Shown here: positions 27,751 to 37,521 of the stretch, one piece after another | Layout of the letters: each line of letters opens with the position of its first letter | Position numbering within the stretch: the stretch's first letter is position 1 | DNA from: Actinomycetota bacterium | Lineage (GTDB): Bacteria; Actinomycetota; Actinomycetes; JBDIAW01 | Assembly (NCBI GenBank): GCA_039812585.1 | Contig: JBDIAW010000006.1 | Span: forward strand, 4,393 to 68,392 | DNA: 64,000 nt | Direction of reading: 5' to 3' | Notes under the pieces: generated by a model | Seen by the model: the letters and a program-made list of their open reading frames with translations, nothing else | Databases searched by the model: none | What the model was told of the DNA's origin: nothing | Program-made: the position numbers and the translations under genes

Positions 27751-29544
27751 CTATTCGGTGATGTAGGGGTCGCGTAGGGCAGACCCCAAAGCGGTAATGG
27801 CGTCCGGGTCATCGTGCAGCGTGCCCCAACCGCCACTGGAATAGTAGTTCACGTAGGTCAACTGCGGGAATTGTTTGAGCTGATCAGGAATAGAGCGCAA
27901 CCATGCAGACCTACGCCCATCCGGTACCGAACCAAACTCTCCCAGCCCGTAACGCAGGTATTTGGCGGTGGGATCAACTGGATCGAGCATCCCTTTCTGT
28001 AACGCCTGGTACATCGGACGCACGATCTGGGCGAAGCTGCGCCAATTGCTGGCCTTGTTGTTGTAAGGATCCCACAGGATGAGGTTGACGTAACCCTGAC
28101 CAGGCCAGGACTGTTGGAACACCCACCACGTGGAGGGGTTGCTGGCCGACCACCCTGACCAGGTGATAGCCCACACCACGTTGGTGACGCCTTGAGCTCG
28201 GAAACGCTGGACGAGATAGCGATACGCTGCAGCGTATTCCTGAGGGCTGCCAGCGGCCTGGCGTTGGGTGTTGGAACCGGAGATGGCAGGCAGGTCATCG
28301 GCTTCATGGTTGAAATCGATGATGATCGGCTTGCCGATCTGCTTGACCCTCTGCGCCATCGTGTCAAGGTAGCGGTCCAGCGAACCGTTGGTGATCTGGT
28401 GGTAACTCCAGACACGACGGGTTCGGCTGCTGTGCGCGTCCCAAGCCGTCACTGCCGGGGCTGGCTGGAGGGCTGGGTCATAGCCGCCTTGATAGCTCAG
28501 GGTTTCCCAAGACACGTGCAGGAGCTTGCCCTCGTCTACTAAACGGCGGTCTTGGGCGGTGGGCCACATCTGCCCGGCGTTGAAGTCGTAATAGCGGTGC
28601 GCTGCCCCAAACTCCTGACGCATACGCTGCTCCACCGCAGCGAAGTCACCCCCGCCTGCCTGCCAAAAGCCGAACACCGCCCCTTTCCCTACCTGGGGCA
28701 GGCTGGCCGCCAGCGCCGGGTTGACCCTCGTCGGTGCAGCTCGAGGAGCACGAGGAGTAGGGCGCGTGCTGGGGGTGGGCTTAGGTGCGGGTTGTGCCAC
28801 TGTTGCCGTGGGAGCGATCGGTTGCGGCGGGGCAATCTGACCGGGGGGCTGCTCGGAGAGTTCCCGAGTGATGACGATGTCGTCAACCTCCATACCCGCG
28901 CCTACAGGAAGTTTCCACCCCAAAATGTTGAGGTCCAGCGTGGTGCCAGTCTCGCGGGCCATATAGCCAACCTGTAACTGGTGCCACTGGGTGTCTTGCA
29001 TCCACAGGCTAGCGATCTCCTGCCCCCGCAAACTGTTGTCCTGCTCGGGTTTCCACGTGGGGAACTCCATCAACCTCACCGCCACGCTGATCCCAGGTGT
29101 GTCAGTACGGACCCATGCGCTGACCGAATAGGTCACCCCCTGCTGGGTGGGATCCACGCTGTTGTGCAAATCGTTGAGCACCGTAGTGTCCGCGCCGTCA
29201 GTGTTGACCACCCGAGCCGATGCCCCCCCAATGCGCCCAGCAGCGCTGGCCAACGTGGCCTGGGGGTTGACGAACCATCCCTGTAACCCTTGGTCAAAGC
29301 TGCCGTTGAATGGGTCGATGCTGGCGATCCAAGGACGAGCCGATCTGGCCTGTGAGGAGCTGCTAGGTAGCAGACCACTAGTAGCCAACGCGACCGTGGA
29401 CAGAGCCACCACGACCACAGCAGAGAAGACAGCCACCCACCTGCGGGCGCTGCCCACTGGGTGTGACGGGGGTTTTGCCCCGTCATAACGGCGAGCGGGT
29501 TGTCGTCGCACCAGCGGATGCGCGGCAGAGCGATGTTGACTCAC
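27751..29544 (-). CDS. Secreted glycoside hydrolase, GH26-like (beta-mannanase family pattern), with an N-terminal CBM-like beta-sandwich and a Pro-rich linker
   Basis: There is a signal/TM segment (WVAVFSAVVVVALSTVALA), a CBM_4_9-like segment and a PxP-rich linker. The catalytic-domain motifs FNHEAD (acid/base HE) and LGEFG (nucleophile E-x-G) are spaced as in GH26. The family assignment is tentative. Confidence 0.5.
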   Translation of the reverse strand: MSQHRSAAHPLVRRQPARRYDGAKPPSHPVGSARRWVAVFSAVVVVALSTVALATSGLLPSSSSQARSARPWIASIDPFNGSFDQGLQGWFVNPQATLASAAGRIGGASARVVNTDGADTTVLNDLHNSVDPTQQGVTYSVSAWVRTDTPGISVAVRLMEFPTWKPEQDNSLRGQEIASLWMQDTQWHQLQVGYMARETGTTLDLNILGWKLPVGAGMEVDDIVITRELSEQPPGQIAPPQPIAPTATVAQPAPKPTPSTRPTPRAPRAAPTRVNPALAASLPQVGKGAVFGFWQAGGGDFAAVEQRMRQEFGAAHRYYDFNAGQMWPTAQDRRLVDEGKLLHVSWETLSYQGGYDPALQPAPAVTAWDAHSSRTRRVWSYHQITNGSLDRYLDTMAQRVKQIGKPIIIDFNHEADDLPAISGSNTQRQAAGSPQEYAAAYRYLVQRFRAQGVTNVVWAITWSGWSASNPSTWWVFQQSWPGQGYVNLILWDPYNNKASNWRSFAQIVRPMYQALQKGMLDPVDPTAKYLRYGLGEFGSVPDGRRSAWLRSIPDQLKQFPQLTYVNYYSSGGWGTLHDDPDAITALGSALRDPYITE

Positions 29545-29860
29545 GGTTCATCCTTCACGTCAGGAGGGTCCGGGTGCTCACACACCAGGGTTGAGGTGGG
29601 CTGAGGCGTCACAACCCCTAGTGCAACCTAGGAGGTTGGACTAGGCCATCTCCAAGAGCTTGCCCATCTCTTGACCGTGCGTTATGAGGGTTTTCACCTC
29701 CCATGACCGTTCAGTTGGCAAACGCCCTGGTCTGGTCCACCGATTTCGGCGTGCCGGGTCACTGGCTGAACTGCCTCGTCGGCATAATGACCCTGACAGC
29801 GATCACACTGTCGGTGCTAACCCTTGCAACTCGAGCACCCTCATCGCGAAGGAGAACCAC

Positions 29861-30595
29861 ATGCCACTCGTTCGTCGTGCCGCCGCGGAGTTCGTCGGCA
29901 CCATGTTTCTAGTCATCGCCATCGTGGGATCGGGGGTGGCAGCCACCACTATTGCCCCCGATATCACCTGGCTGCCCACCCTGTCGATGAGCCTGGCGGC
30001 TGGAGCCACTCTGGCGGCGATGATTCTGGCCATGCAATCGATCTCAGCTGACTTCAACCCCGCAGTGACCCTCGTGGGTGCCGCGTTGGGCGCGGTCAAC
30101 GCCGCCACTGCCGCCATCATGGTGGTGGCCCAGTTCCTCGGTGGTTTCCTCGGGGTGATCCTGGCCAACCTCATGTTCACCCCCAGTGCCATCGTGAGCT
30201 CCACGACCCACCGCGATGGGGGCAAGCAGTTCCTCGGCGAGGTTATCGCCACCCTGGGGCTGGTTCTGGTGGTCTATTGCGTGGTGCGGGCCGGGCGCAG
30301 CGCTCAAGTGGCCTGGGCAGTGGGGGCCTACCTCATGGCAGCGTGGTGGTTTACCTGCTCTGGTTCCTTTGCCAACCCCGCTGTCACCCTCTCGCGTAGC
30401 TTTACCAATACCGTATCGGGCATCCACGGAGGCAACGTGGGCTGGTTCATCCTGGCCGAGATCGTTGGGGCTTTGATCGCCTTCGGCCTGATCAAGCTGC
30501 TCTATCCACTGATGGGCGCTGACGCAGTTGACGAGCGGCCTGGTGAACCACGGCAAGAACCCGCCAAGAGCGCGGCCAAAAAAGCAGCGAAGTAA
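29861..30595 (+). CDS. MIP-family channel (aquaporin/glycerol facilitator)
   Basis: Two NPA boxes (DFNPAVTL and FANPAVTL) are present with six hydrophobic segments. A strong AGGAGA RBS lies 8 nt upstream of the ATG at 29861. Confidence 0.8.
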   Translation: MPLVRRAAAEFVGTMFLVIAIVGSGVAATTIAPDITWLPTLSMSLAAGATLAAMILAMQSISADFNPAVTLVGAALGAVNAATAAIMVVAQFLGGFLGVILANLMFTPSAIVSSTTHRDGGKQFLGEVIATLGLVLVVYCVVRAGRSAQVAWAVGAYLMAAWWFTCSGSFANPAVTLSRSFTNTVSGIHGGNVGWFILAEIVGALIAFGLIKLLYPLMGADAVDERPGEPRQEPAKSAAKKAAK

Positions 30596-30602
30596 CTGCC
30601 AC

Positions 30603-30656
30603 TCTCAGCGTGAAGGGCCCGATCCTGGTCTTTGAGGACGGGCCCTTCACGCTGAG
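30603..30656. terminator. Bidirectional hairpin terminator between the convergent aquaporin and adh genes
   Basis: A perfect 18-bp inverted repeat (ctcagcgtgaagggcccg ... cgggcccttcacgctgag) spans the 72-bp gap between convergent stops. Confidence 0.6.
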
Positions 30657-30667
30657 GAAGAATGCTG

Positions 30668-31714
30668 CTAGAACGTCGAGGCGTCGATGACCGCCCGGTA
30701 GCGCACTTGGGAGTTGACCACCCGCTGGTAGGTAGCGTTAATGTGCCCAGCTTCGATGAGCTCCACCTCAGCGGCAATGTTGTGATCGGCGCAGAAGTTG
30801 AGCATGGTTTGCGTCTCGGCGATGCTACCGATACAAGACCCCGCCACCGCCTTACGCCCCGAGGTCAGCGACCCGGCGGGAATCGTTAGGGGTTGGCTGG
30901 GTAGACCCAGTTCGACGAACACCCCGTTGGGGCGCAGAGTCACCAGGTAAGCACCCAGATCCAGAGACGTTGAAACCGTGTTGAGGATCACGTCGAACTC
31001 CTGCTCCAACTTGGGCAGGGTTTCCGGATCGCTGGTAGCGGCAAAGCGGTGGGCTCCAAACATCACCGAGTCGTCATACTTGGCGTGACTGTGACTGAGC
31101 ACCGTCACGTGGGCCCCCATCGCGCTGGCTAACAGCACCCCCACATGGCCCAGACCACCCATCCCCACAATGGCCACATTGGTTCCCGGCCCCACGTTCC
31201 AGTAGCGCATCGGGGAGTACAAGGTGATACCAGCGCACAGCAAAGGAGTAGCCGCCGCCAACTTGTCTGGCCCCTGCAGTGCTGCGGGTATGGCGAGGAC
31301 AAAGTCCTCGTTAACCACAATGTGGCGGCTGTAGCCTCCCTGCGTCATCGTGGAGTCATGGTCGGTAGCTCCATAGGTCCACACGACGTTAGAGCAGTAC
31401 TGCTCCTGACCAATCTGGCAACTGGGGCAGGTGCGGCAGGAGTTCACCATGCACCCCACCCCGACTACATCTCCTACCTGGTGACGACTGACGTTGCTGC
31501 CAATGGCGGTGATGGTGCCCACAATTTCGTGGCCGGGGGTCAAGGGGTAGCTGACCTGCCCCCACTCCCCCCGGACGGTGTGGATGTCGGAGTGGCAGAT
31601 CCCTGCATAGGTGATCTCGATGAGTATGTCGTGCGGCCCAGTTTCACGCCTGACCAGCGTGGCCGGCTCTAACGGGCGGTCAGGGGCAACGGCAGCATAG
31701 GCGCGGGTCTGCAT
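30668..31714 (-). CDS. Zinc-dependent alcohol dehydrogenase (NADP-dependent CAD/AdhC-like MDR family)
   Basis: The catalytic-zinc motif is GICHSDIHTVRGEW...GHEIVG. The structural zinc site is CRTCPSCQ. The Rossmann motif is VAIVGMGGLGHV. Confidence 0.8.
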   Translation of the reverse strand: MQTRAYAAVAPDRPLEPATLVRRETGPHDILIEITYAGICHSDIHTVRGEWGQVSYPLTPGHEIVGTITAIGSNVSRHQVGDVVGVGCMVNSCRTCPSCQIGQEQYCSNVVWTYGATDHDSTMTQGGYSRHIVVNEDFVLAIPAALQGPDKLAAATPLLCAGITLYSPMRYWNVGPGTNVAIVGMGGLGHVGVLLASAMGAHVTVLSHSHAKYDDSVMFGAHRFAATSDPETLPKLEQEFDVILNTVSTSLDLGAYLVTLRPNGVFVELGLPSQPLTIPAGSLTSGRKAVAGSCIGSIAETQTMLNFCADHNIAAEVELIEAGHINATYQRVVNSQVRYRAVIDASTF

Positions 31715-31748
31715 TCACCCAGTGTAGGCAGAAGGATCGCTGCCCCTG

Positions 31749-32570
31749 TCAACGGCGGGGGGCAGAAGGTGGGAGCGGGGGACGCAATGCCCACCCAGTG
31801 TGGCCTCCACGAGGTAACAAATGCGGCCCTATTTCAGGAAAGGTTGGACCACCATGGCTGGTGAGGCGTAAATCGTCACTCTGATCTCTATCAAACTGTG
31901 GAGACCACAGAGCGAGCTGCCTCGCATCGGTCACACCCAAGCCTCTCATCCAGATGAGTTCCACCAACCCCTGACTGTCTCTATCAATTCCACTAATTAT
32001 TGCTTGATCGTCAGAGAAGGCTCCCCCGGGCACTGAGGCTTGCGATATTTCCCTGAGATAAGTGACCACCGATTCATCTGTCATCAGTGTACTGTTTTTA
32101 TCCCCCACTTCGCTCGAGGCTAAAACTTCTGCAAATCTGGAGCCTAACAATATGTATGCATTGTCAAGAATTTCAGTGTCGAATTCTAAAGATTCTTGCT
32201 GGAATGCGCCCGCGCCCGCTAAGGAATGTTGTTGTATCTCATCAACATACTTACCTACGCCTACGATCAGCGTGTCTAAATCTCTCTTAAATGCATTAAC
32301 GTTAAAGATTGCAATAACTGAAAGGGACTCTGGTTTTCCATCTCTTAATTCGGCAGCGGGAAATAAACTGCGAACCCTCAAGTTTGAAACCGGAGTTTGA
32401 GGGAAAACGGAAACATGAAGCATATGCTTCCATGTATCAACAATGTTTTGAACATCCGCACAAAAACTCTTCCAGGCATGTTCCGGCTCGCCAGTGATAA
32501 CTGTCTTTTTGATCTCAAGGGTGATATTAAAACTTATTACTTCATCCTGCGAATTACTAGAGACTGCCAT
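31749..32570 (-). CDS. Hypothetical protein (273 aa) encoded in a sharply AT-rich islet, with no recognisable domain
   Basis: This is a long ORF across a segment of about 45% GC (32000-32650) wedged between the adh and pfk genes. Its 3' end runs into host-like GC. The exact boundaries are uncertain. Confidence 0.4.
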   Translation of the reverse strand: MAVSSNSQDEVISFNITLEIKKTVITGEPEHAWKSFCADVQNIVDTWKHMLHVSVFPQTPVSNLRVRSLFPAAELRDGKPESLSVIAIFNVNAFKRDLDTLIVGVGKYVDEIQQHSLAGAGAFQQESLEFDTEILDNAYILLGSRFAEVLASSEVGDKNSTLMTDESVVTYLREISQASVPGGAFSDDQAIISGIDRDSQGLVELIWMRGLGVTDARQLALWSPQFDRDQSDDLRLTSHGGPTFPEIGPHLLPRGGHTGWALRPPLPPSAPRR

Positions 32571-32664
32571 ACTCTTCTCCCTATGTCATGAATCATCAGG
32601 AAAGATCCTAGAACACAGCGATGGTAGGTTTACAGGCAATTATCCTTGTTTATAAGGATTGACC

Positions 32665-35154
32665 TTACAGGGCTGTACCCGCAGGACTAAAGGCCTCAAC
32701 CGGCTGAATGTCGGGGGTGGGCACGGGGACGGCGGCAGAGACGGTGCGCTGAACAACTCCAATTTCTTGCCACCATTGGTAGCGCGGGCGAGTGTTAGGC
32801 AGATCCACTTCCTCCAGCATGTGCGTCAGAGGTTGAGCGCGCAGCACCCCCTGCACCTGACCCACGTAGAGGCCATCGCTGGTACCAGCCTTCAGCTGCG
32901 CGCTGAGCTGATCCAGCGCGAAAGAGGCCAAGCGAGTGGCGTGGATCCGATCAAACGGTGAGGGAGTGCCTCCCTGCTGAATGTGCCCAAGGATCGCCTG
33001 GCGCACGTCGTAGAGACCATGGGCCTCGGCGGCGAACAGGTGCGCGAGGAAGTCAGTGGTGTAGAGGTCGTTGGCTCCCTCGCTGCGCAACGCCATGAAC
33101 AGTCGGCGACCTCCTTGAAAAGCGGTCTGCATCCGGGCCACGTCTTGCTCAAGGTCACGAAGGGAGAACTCGTCTTCGTGCAGGTAAACCTGCTCCGCAC
33201 CGGTGGCGATGCCGGCCATCAAGGTCAAGTAACCACATCGGCGACCCATCGTCTCGGCCACAAAACAACGCCGGCTGGCACTGGCGGCCAGTTTGATCCG
33301 GTCCAGGGCACTGACCGCATCGTTGAGCGCAGTGTCAGCTCCCAGGGAGAGCTCCGCCCCGGGGAGGTTGTTGTCAATGCTGGCCGGCACGCACACGATG
33401 GGGATGCGAAAGGCAGGGTAACGCTCCCGCTCGGACACCAGCATGTGGGCGGACAGATACGCCGTGAACCCGCCGATCACCATCAGGGCGTCGATCTGGT
33501 GTTCCTCCAAAGCGCGGCCGAGGCGGTAGAGATCCTCCACGGCAGGCACATCGCGGCGGGTACCCAGCTCCGCCCCGCCCAGGTTGATCCAAGCATCCAC
33601 ATCAGCCCAGGACAGTTCGCGCACCTGACCCTGCGCCAAACCTGCGAAACTGCCACAGACACCCAACATGGTGTGACCATCCTGAACCCCCAAGCGCACC
33701 GCAGCACGCACCGCGGGATTCATGCCGGGAGCCAGACCTCCCACGTGCATGAGGGCAATACGACGCGGCCTGGACGGAGTGGTCGTTGCGGCGGAGGCCT
33801 TCTTGACCGTCTTCTTGACGTCCACCTCAGGCTCGGGTTGCGGTGGCAGCAGGGATGGGGGGCTGGGCTGCGGAGCGTTGGCCAAGTGTTGATACATGCG
33901 CAGCATGTGGCCAAACGCCTCACCCCGCGCCTGAATGGCAGCCTCGAAGTTACGGCTGTCCAGCAAGGTGGCCACCTCGCGGGTGCGCGCCACCGACTCC
34001 ACCAACGGCAAAGGAGTGACCCGGTTGCCCTTCACGCCGATGATCACCGCTTCGTCCTGGCTGTCGCAGGTGAGCACCTCTATCACCGCCCGATACCCCA
34101 GCACGGTGGACATCCACCGATCGAAAGCACTAGGCGTTCCCCCGCGCTGCACATGGCCCAGGATGGTCACCCGAGCATCCTCGTGCAACTGCTGCGAGAT
34201 CACCGCACTGACATCTGAGGCCTTGATCGGGTTGCCCTCGTGATCGCAGGCCCCTTCCGCGACGATGACCAACGAGTCGCGTCGCCCCGCCTCCCGCCCA
34301 CGGCGAAGCGCCTGACACATGGCATCTGGCCAATCCGGCCCTGGAGGTTGCTCAGGCACGAACACGTAGTCGCAGCCCCCAGCGATGGCAGCCATCAACG
34401 GCAGGTAGCCACAGTGGCGACCCATCACCTCAATGACAAAGCTGCGCTGATGACTGGCCGCAGTGGAGGACAGGGCGTCGATGGCCTCCACGATGCGGTG
34501 CAGCGCCGAATCCGCCCCGATGGTGGTCGCGGTCCCCACCACGTCGTTATCAATGGAGCCCACCAGGCCACAGATGAACAGGTGCGGATGGCGTTGCGCC
34601 AGCTCCCCGCTGATTTGACCCTCTTGTTCCAGCTCCGCCAGCAGGCTAGGCCACTCCTGACGGAACTGGTTGGTGCCCGAAAGGCTGCCATCTCCACCGA
34701 TGACCACGAGATGGTCGATGCCGTGCTCCAGCAGGTTTTTGGCCGCCTGCTTCATGCCCCACCATTCGCGGAAATCCGCGCTGCGCGCCGTGCCGATCAC
34801 CGTGCCCCCGCGTTGCAGGATGCTTCCCACATCCTCCCAGCTCATCGGCTTGATTCCCGAGCCTCCGTCAACGGCGCCCTGCCATCCCTCCATGATCGCA
34901 TAGGGTTGGGCGCCCACATAGAGCGCGGTACGCACCACAGAGCGCACCGCAGCGTTCATCCCCTGCGCGTCCCCACCGCTGGTCAGCACACCCACCTTGA
35001 TCGGAGTGCCATCAGCGGCCACACCCAGGTTGGGGTCAGGCGCCGGCAAGGTAGGTAGGGTTGTGATGGCCGGTTTCGCCTCAGGTTGCGACCCTTGCGG
35101 TGGTATGGACACCCTCTGACCCCTGCCATGTGCGTTGATCATTCTTTGGAGCAC
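32665..35154 (-). CDS. pfk: Tandem-duplicated (eukaryote-like) 6-phosphofructokinase with a catalytic N-half and a degenerate, probably regulatory, C-half
   Basis: The first half has GVLTSGGDAQGMNAAVR and VIGGDGSLSG together with MGRHCGY. The second half has the matching positions as HVGGLAPGMNPAVR and VIGGFTAYLS (catalytic Asp residues lost) together with MGRRCGY. A P-rich linker joins the halves. Confidence 0.75.
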   Translation of the reverse strand: MLQRMINAHGRGQRVSIPPQGSQPEAKPAITTLPTLPAPDPNLGVAADGTPIKVGVLTSGGDAQGMNAAVRSVVRTALYVGAQPYAIMEGWQGAVDGGSGIKPMSWEDVGSILQRGGTVIGTARSADFREWWGMKQAAKNLLEHGIDHLVVIGGDGSLSGTNQFRQEWPSLLAELEQEGQISGELAQRHPHLFICGLVGSIDNDVVGTATTIGADSALHRIVEAIDALSSTAASHQRSFVIEVMGRHCGYLPLMAAIAGGCDYVFVPEQPPGPDWPDAMCQALRRGREAGRRDSLVIVAEGACDHEGNPIKASDVSAVISQQLHEDARVTILGHVQRGGTPSAFDRWMSTVLGYRAVIEVLTCDSQDEAVIIGVKGNRVTPLPLVESVARTREVATLLDSRNFEAAIQARGEAFGHMLRMYQHLANAPQPSPPSLLPPQPEPEVDVKKTVKKASAATTTPSRPRRIALMHVGGLAPGMNPAVRAAVRLGVQDGHTMLGVCGSFAGLAQGQVRELSWADVDAWINLGGAELGTRRDVPAVEDLYRLGRALEEHQIDALMVIGGFTAYLSAHMLVSERERYPAFRIPIVCVPASIDNNLPGAELSLGADTALNDAVSALDRIKLAASASRRCFVAETMGRRCGYLTLMAGIATGAEQVYLHEDEFSLRDLEQDVARMQTAFQGGRRLFMALRSEGANDLYTTDFLAHLFAAEAHGLYDVRQAILGHIQQGGTPSPFDRIHATRLASFALDQLSAQLKAGTSDGLYVGQVQGVLRAQPLTHMLEEVDLPNTRPRYQWWQEIGVVQRTVSAAVPVPTPDIQPVEAFSPAGTAL

Positions 35155-35856
35155 TGCCCCACTCCCCTTCGGCAGCCTAGCGGCTAGCGTGAGTATCGCT
35201 AGCGAGGCAATGGGTCATCCTCCTCCCTTATCGATCACCGGGAACCACCCATGAGTCTCACCCCCGAATAACTCCCCGCTGCCTAGCGCGACGGGACGTG
35301 GCTGTTGGGCCCACCCTGCACTCGTGGCGCAGACAGCAGGTTCGCCCGCACACCGGCGCTAGCAGACCTGCTTGGGGCTGGATGTGATCGAACCCCCACC
35401 CGCCCAGTCGAAGCGGTCGTTACACTGGGCCTACCGTCTGATGCTCATGGTGAGCAGGCGTGATGCAATCCAGGCCAGGCTTGTCGGTTGAAGATGCCGC
35501 CGCCTACAGCCGCCGCATGCTCGCCGATGGGGAACCGCTCCACCTGTTATGACGCTCTGTGGTGGTTCAGTTATTGGATGATTACCTCAGCGATACCAGG
35601 TTGGAAAAGTGGCGGTGGCCGCCCAGTGCTTCAGTGCGCAGCCTGCCTCCACTGGCTCTGCGCAAATCGACGCTGCATTGGCCGCTCTGGCCGAGCATTT
35701 AGCCCGCCGCGACGGCTCGCCCACTCCCCTGTGGACCGCTGATGTGTCAGTCGCTGCCCTGCGCCGCTACAGCGGTTTTGCGACCAGGCCTCTAGATGGC
35801 CTATCCAAGCCGGTGGAGTAGCTCGGGAAACCCTTACGTACCAACGGTTTTTCCCG

Positions 35857-35930
<74 letters not shown>

Positions 35931-36028
35931 TGCGACCACCAGCGGTGGCTCGCGGTTACTTTACCCTACTTGGCGCCCAAACCAGGCATAGTTTCGCGGC
36001 GGGCCCTCCCCAGCAGGGGTGTCGCCCA

Positions 36029-36092
36029 GGGGGTTGTCGCATTGAACCGGGTGATAGAGCCCCATTCACCCGGGTCAATGCGACAACCCCCC
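36029..36092. repeat. GC-rich palindromic element, copy 1 (GGGGGTTGTCGCAtTGaaCCGGGTgA ... TcACCCGGgtCAaTGCGACAACCCCC), just downstream of the der stop
   Basis: A stem of about 27 bp surrounds a short loop. It shares a core with the element at 50721..50782. Confidence 0.5.
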
Positions 36093-36128
36093 TTTCTCTC
36101 GGGCGGATGAGGGGGCGGGTGGGGTGGG

Positions 36129-37499
36129 TCAGCGTTTGCCGCGCTTTTCACGCATCTTGATCTGAAGGTGCAACGGAGTGCCGGTGAAGCCGAACTCCTC
36201 CCGCAGGCGGCGCTCCAAGAAGCGGCAATAGGAGGGTTCCAACGGGCCGGTGGTGAACAAAATGAACCGGGGTGGGCAGGTGGAAGCCTGGGTGGCGAAC
36301 AGGATGCGAGGCTGCTTGCCGCCACGCACCGGGGCGGGGGTGGCCGCCGTGACCTCGCCCAAGAAAGCGTTGAGCCTGCCCGTAGAGACTCGGGTCTGCC
36401 ACCCCTGCAGGGCAGTGTCTAAAGCGGGGACCAGCTTATCCACAGCTCGGCCGGTGCGGGCGGAGATGTTGACGCGGGGAGCCCAGCGGATCCGTGCCAA
36501 ATCGCGGTCAAGCTCCTTTTTCAACTCGGCACGGCGATCCTCATCGACCAGGTCCCACTTGTTGAAGGCAATCACCAAGGCCCGCCCGGTCTCCACCACC
36601 AGCGCCAAGATGCGCTGGTCCTGCTCGCTGAGGGGCTGGCTGGCATCGATGAGCACCACCGCGACCTCCGCCTGCTCAATCGCAGCACGGGTGCGCAGGC
36701 TAGCGTAGAAATCTGCGCCGCTGGCCTGGTGAGCCCGGCGGCGAATCCCCGCAGTGTCGACGAAAGTCCACTGCCGACCGCCCAATTCCACCAGCTCATC
36801 CACCGGGTCACGGGTCGTTCCCGCGTGGGCGTCCACCACCACGCGCTCACTGCCCGCAAGGCGATTCAACAGGCTGGACTTACCCACATTGGGCTTACCC
36901 AACAGCGCAATGCGCCGAGGGCGATCTGCTGGGGGCTCCAATTGCTCAGCAGGAGCTTGAGGCAGCGCGTCCAGGACCGCGTCGAGCAGGTCTCCGCTGC
37001 CTCGGCCATGCAACGCTGAGACTGGCCAGGGCTGGCCCAAACCCAGTGACCACAACCCAGCAGCTTCAGACTCGGCGTGCTGGCTGTCCACTTTGTTGGC
37101 CGCCAAAATGATCGGCCGGCCTGACTGGCGCAACACCCGGGCCACGCGCTCATCGGTGTCCTGCGCTCCAACGGTGGCATCCACCACCAACAGCACAGCG
37201 TCGGCGCTGGCCGCAGCCAACTCCGCCTGAGCTGCCACCTGCGCCGCGATGCCCTCCGCGTCGGGCTCCCACCCGCCAGTGTCCACCAAGGTAAACGCCC
37301 GGCCATTCCAGGAGGCGTCGTAGGCCACCCGGTCGCGAGTGACCCCTGGCACATCCTCTACCACAGCCTCGCGGCGGCCCAAGATACGGTTGACCAGCGT
37401 CGACTTGCCCACATTGGGCCGGCCCACCACCGCCAACACTGGGCGAGCTGGAGGTTGGCTGTCAGAGGTTTCGTTGTCGGGCTGGAGATTGTCGCTCAT
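36129..37499 (-). CDS. der: Ribosome-biogenesis GTPase Der (EngA), with two tandem G-domains
   Basis: Two P-loops are present ([13 protein letters not shown] and [13 protein letters not shown]), and there is a C-terminal KH-like domain. Confidence 0.85.
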   Translation of the reverse strand: MSDNLQPDNETSDSQPPARPVLAVVGRPNVGKSTLVNRILGRREAVVEDVPGVTRDRVAYDASWNGRAFTLVDTGGWEPDAEGIAAQVAAQAELAAASADAVLLVVDATVGAQDTDERVARVLRQSGRPIILAANKVDSQHAESEAAGLWSLGLGQPWPVSALHGRGSGDLLDAVLDALPQAPAEQLEPPADRPRRIALLGKPNVGKSSLLNRLAGSERVVVDAHAGTTRDPVDELVELGGRQWTFVDTAGIRRRAHQASGADFYASLRTRAAIEQAEVAVVLIDASQPLSEQDQRILALVVETGRALVIAFNKWDLVDEDRRAELKKELDRDLARIRWAPRVNISARTGRAVDKLVPALDTALQGWQTRVSTGRLNAFLGEVTAATPAPVRGGKQPRILFATQASTCPPRFILFTTGPLEPSYCRFLERRLREEFGFTGTPLHLQIKMREKRGKR

Positions 37500-37521
37500 T
37501 CCTCCAGGGTAAGGAGAGGTG

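Noticed and set aside
32983-34218. A 411-aa plus-strand ORF and several others antisense to the pfk gene
   Set aside because: It lies entirely inside the confidently assigned PFK reading frame on the opposite strand. High-GC genomes routinely give long spurious antisense ORFs.
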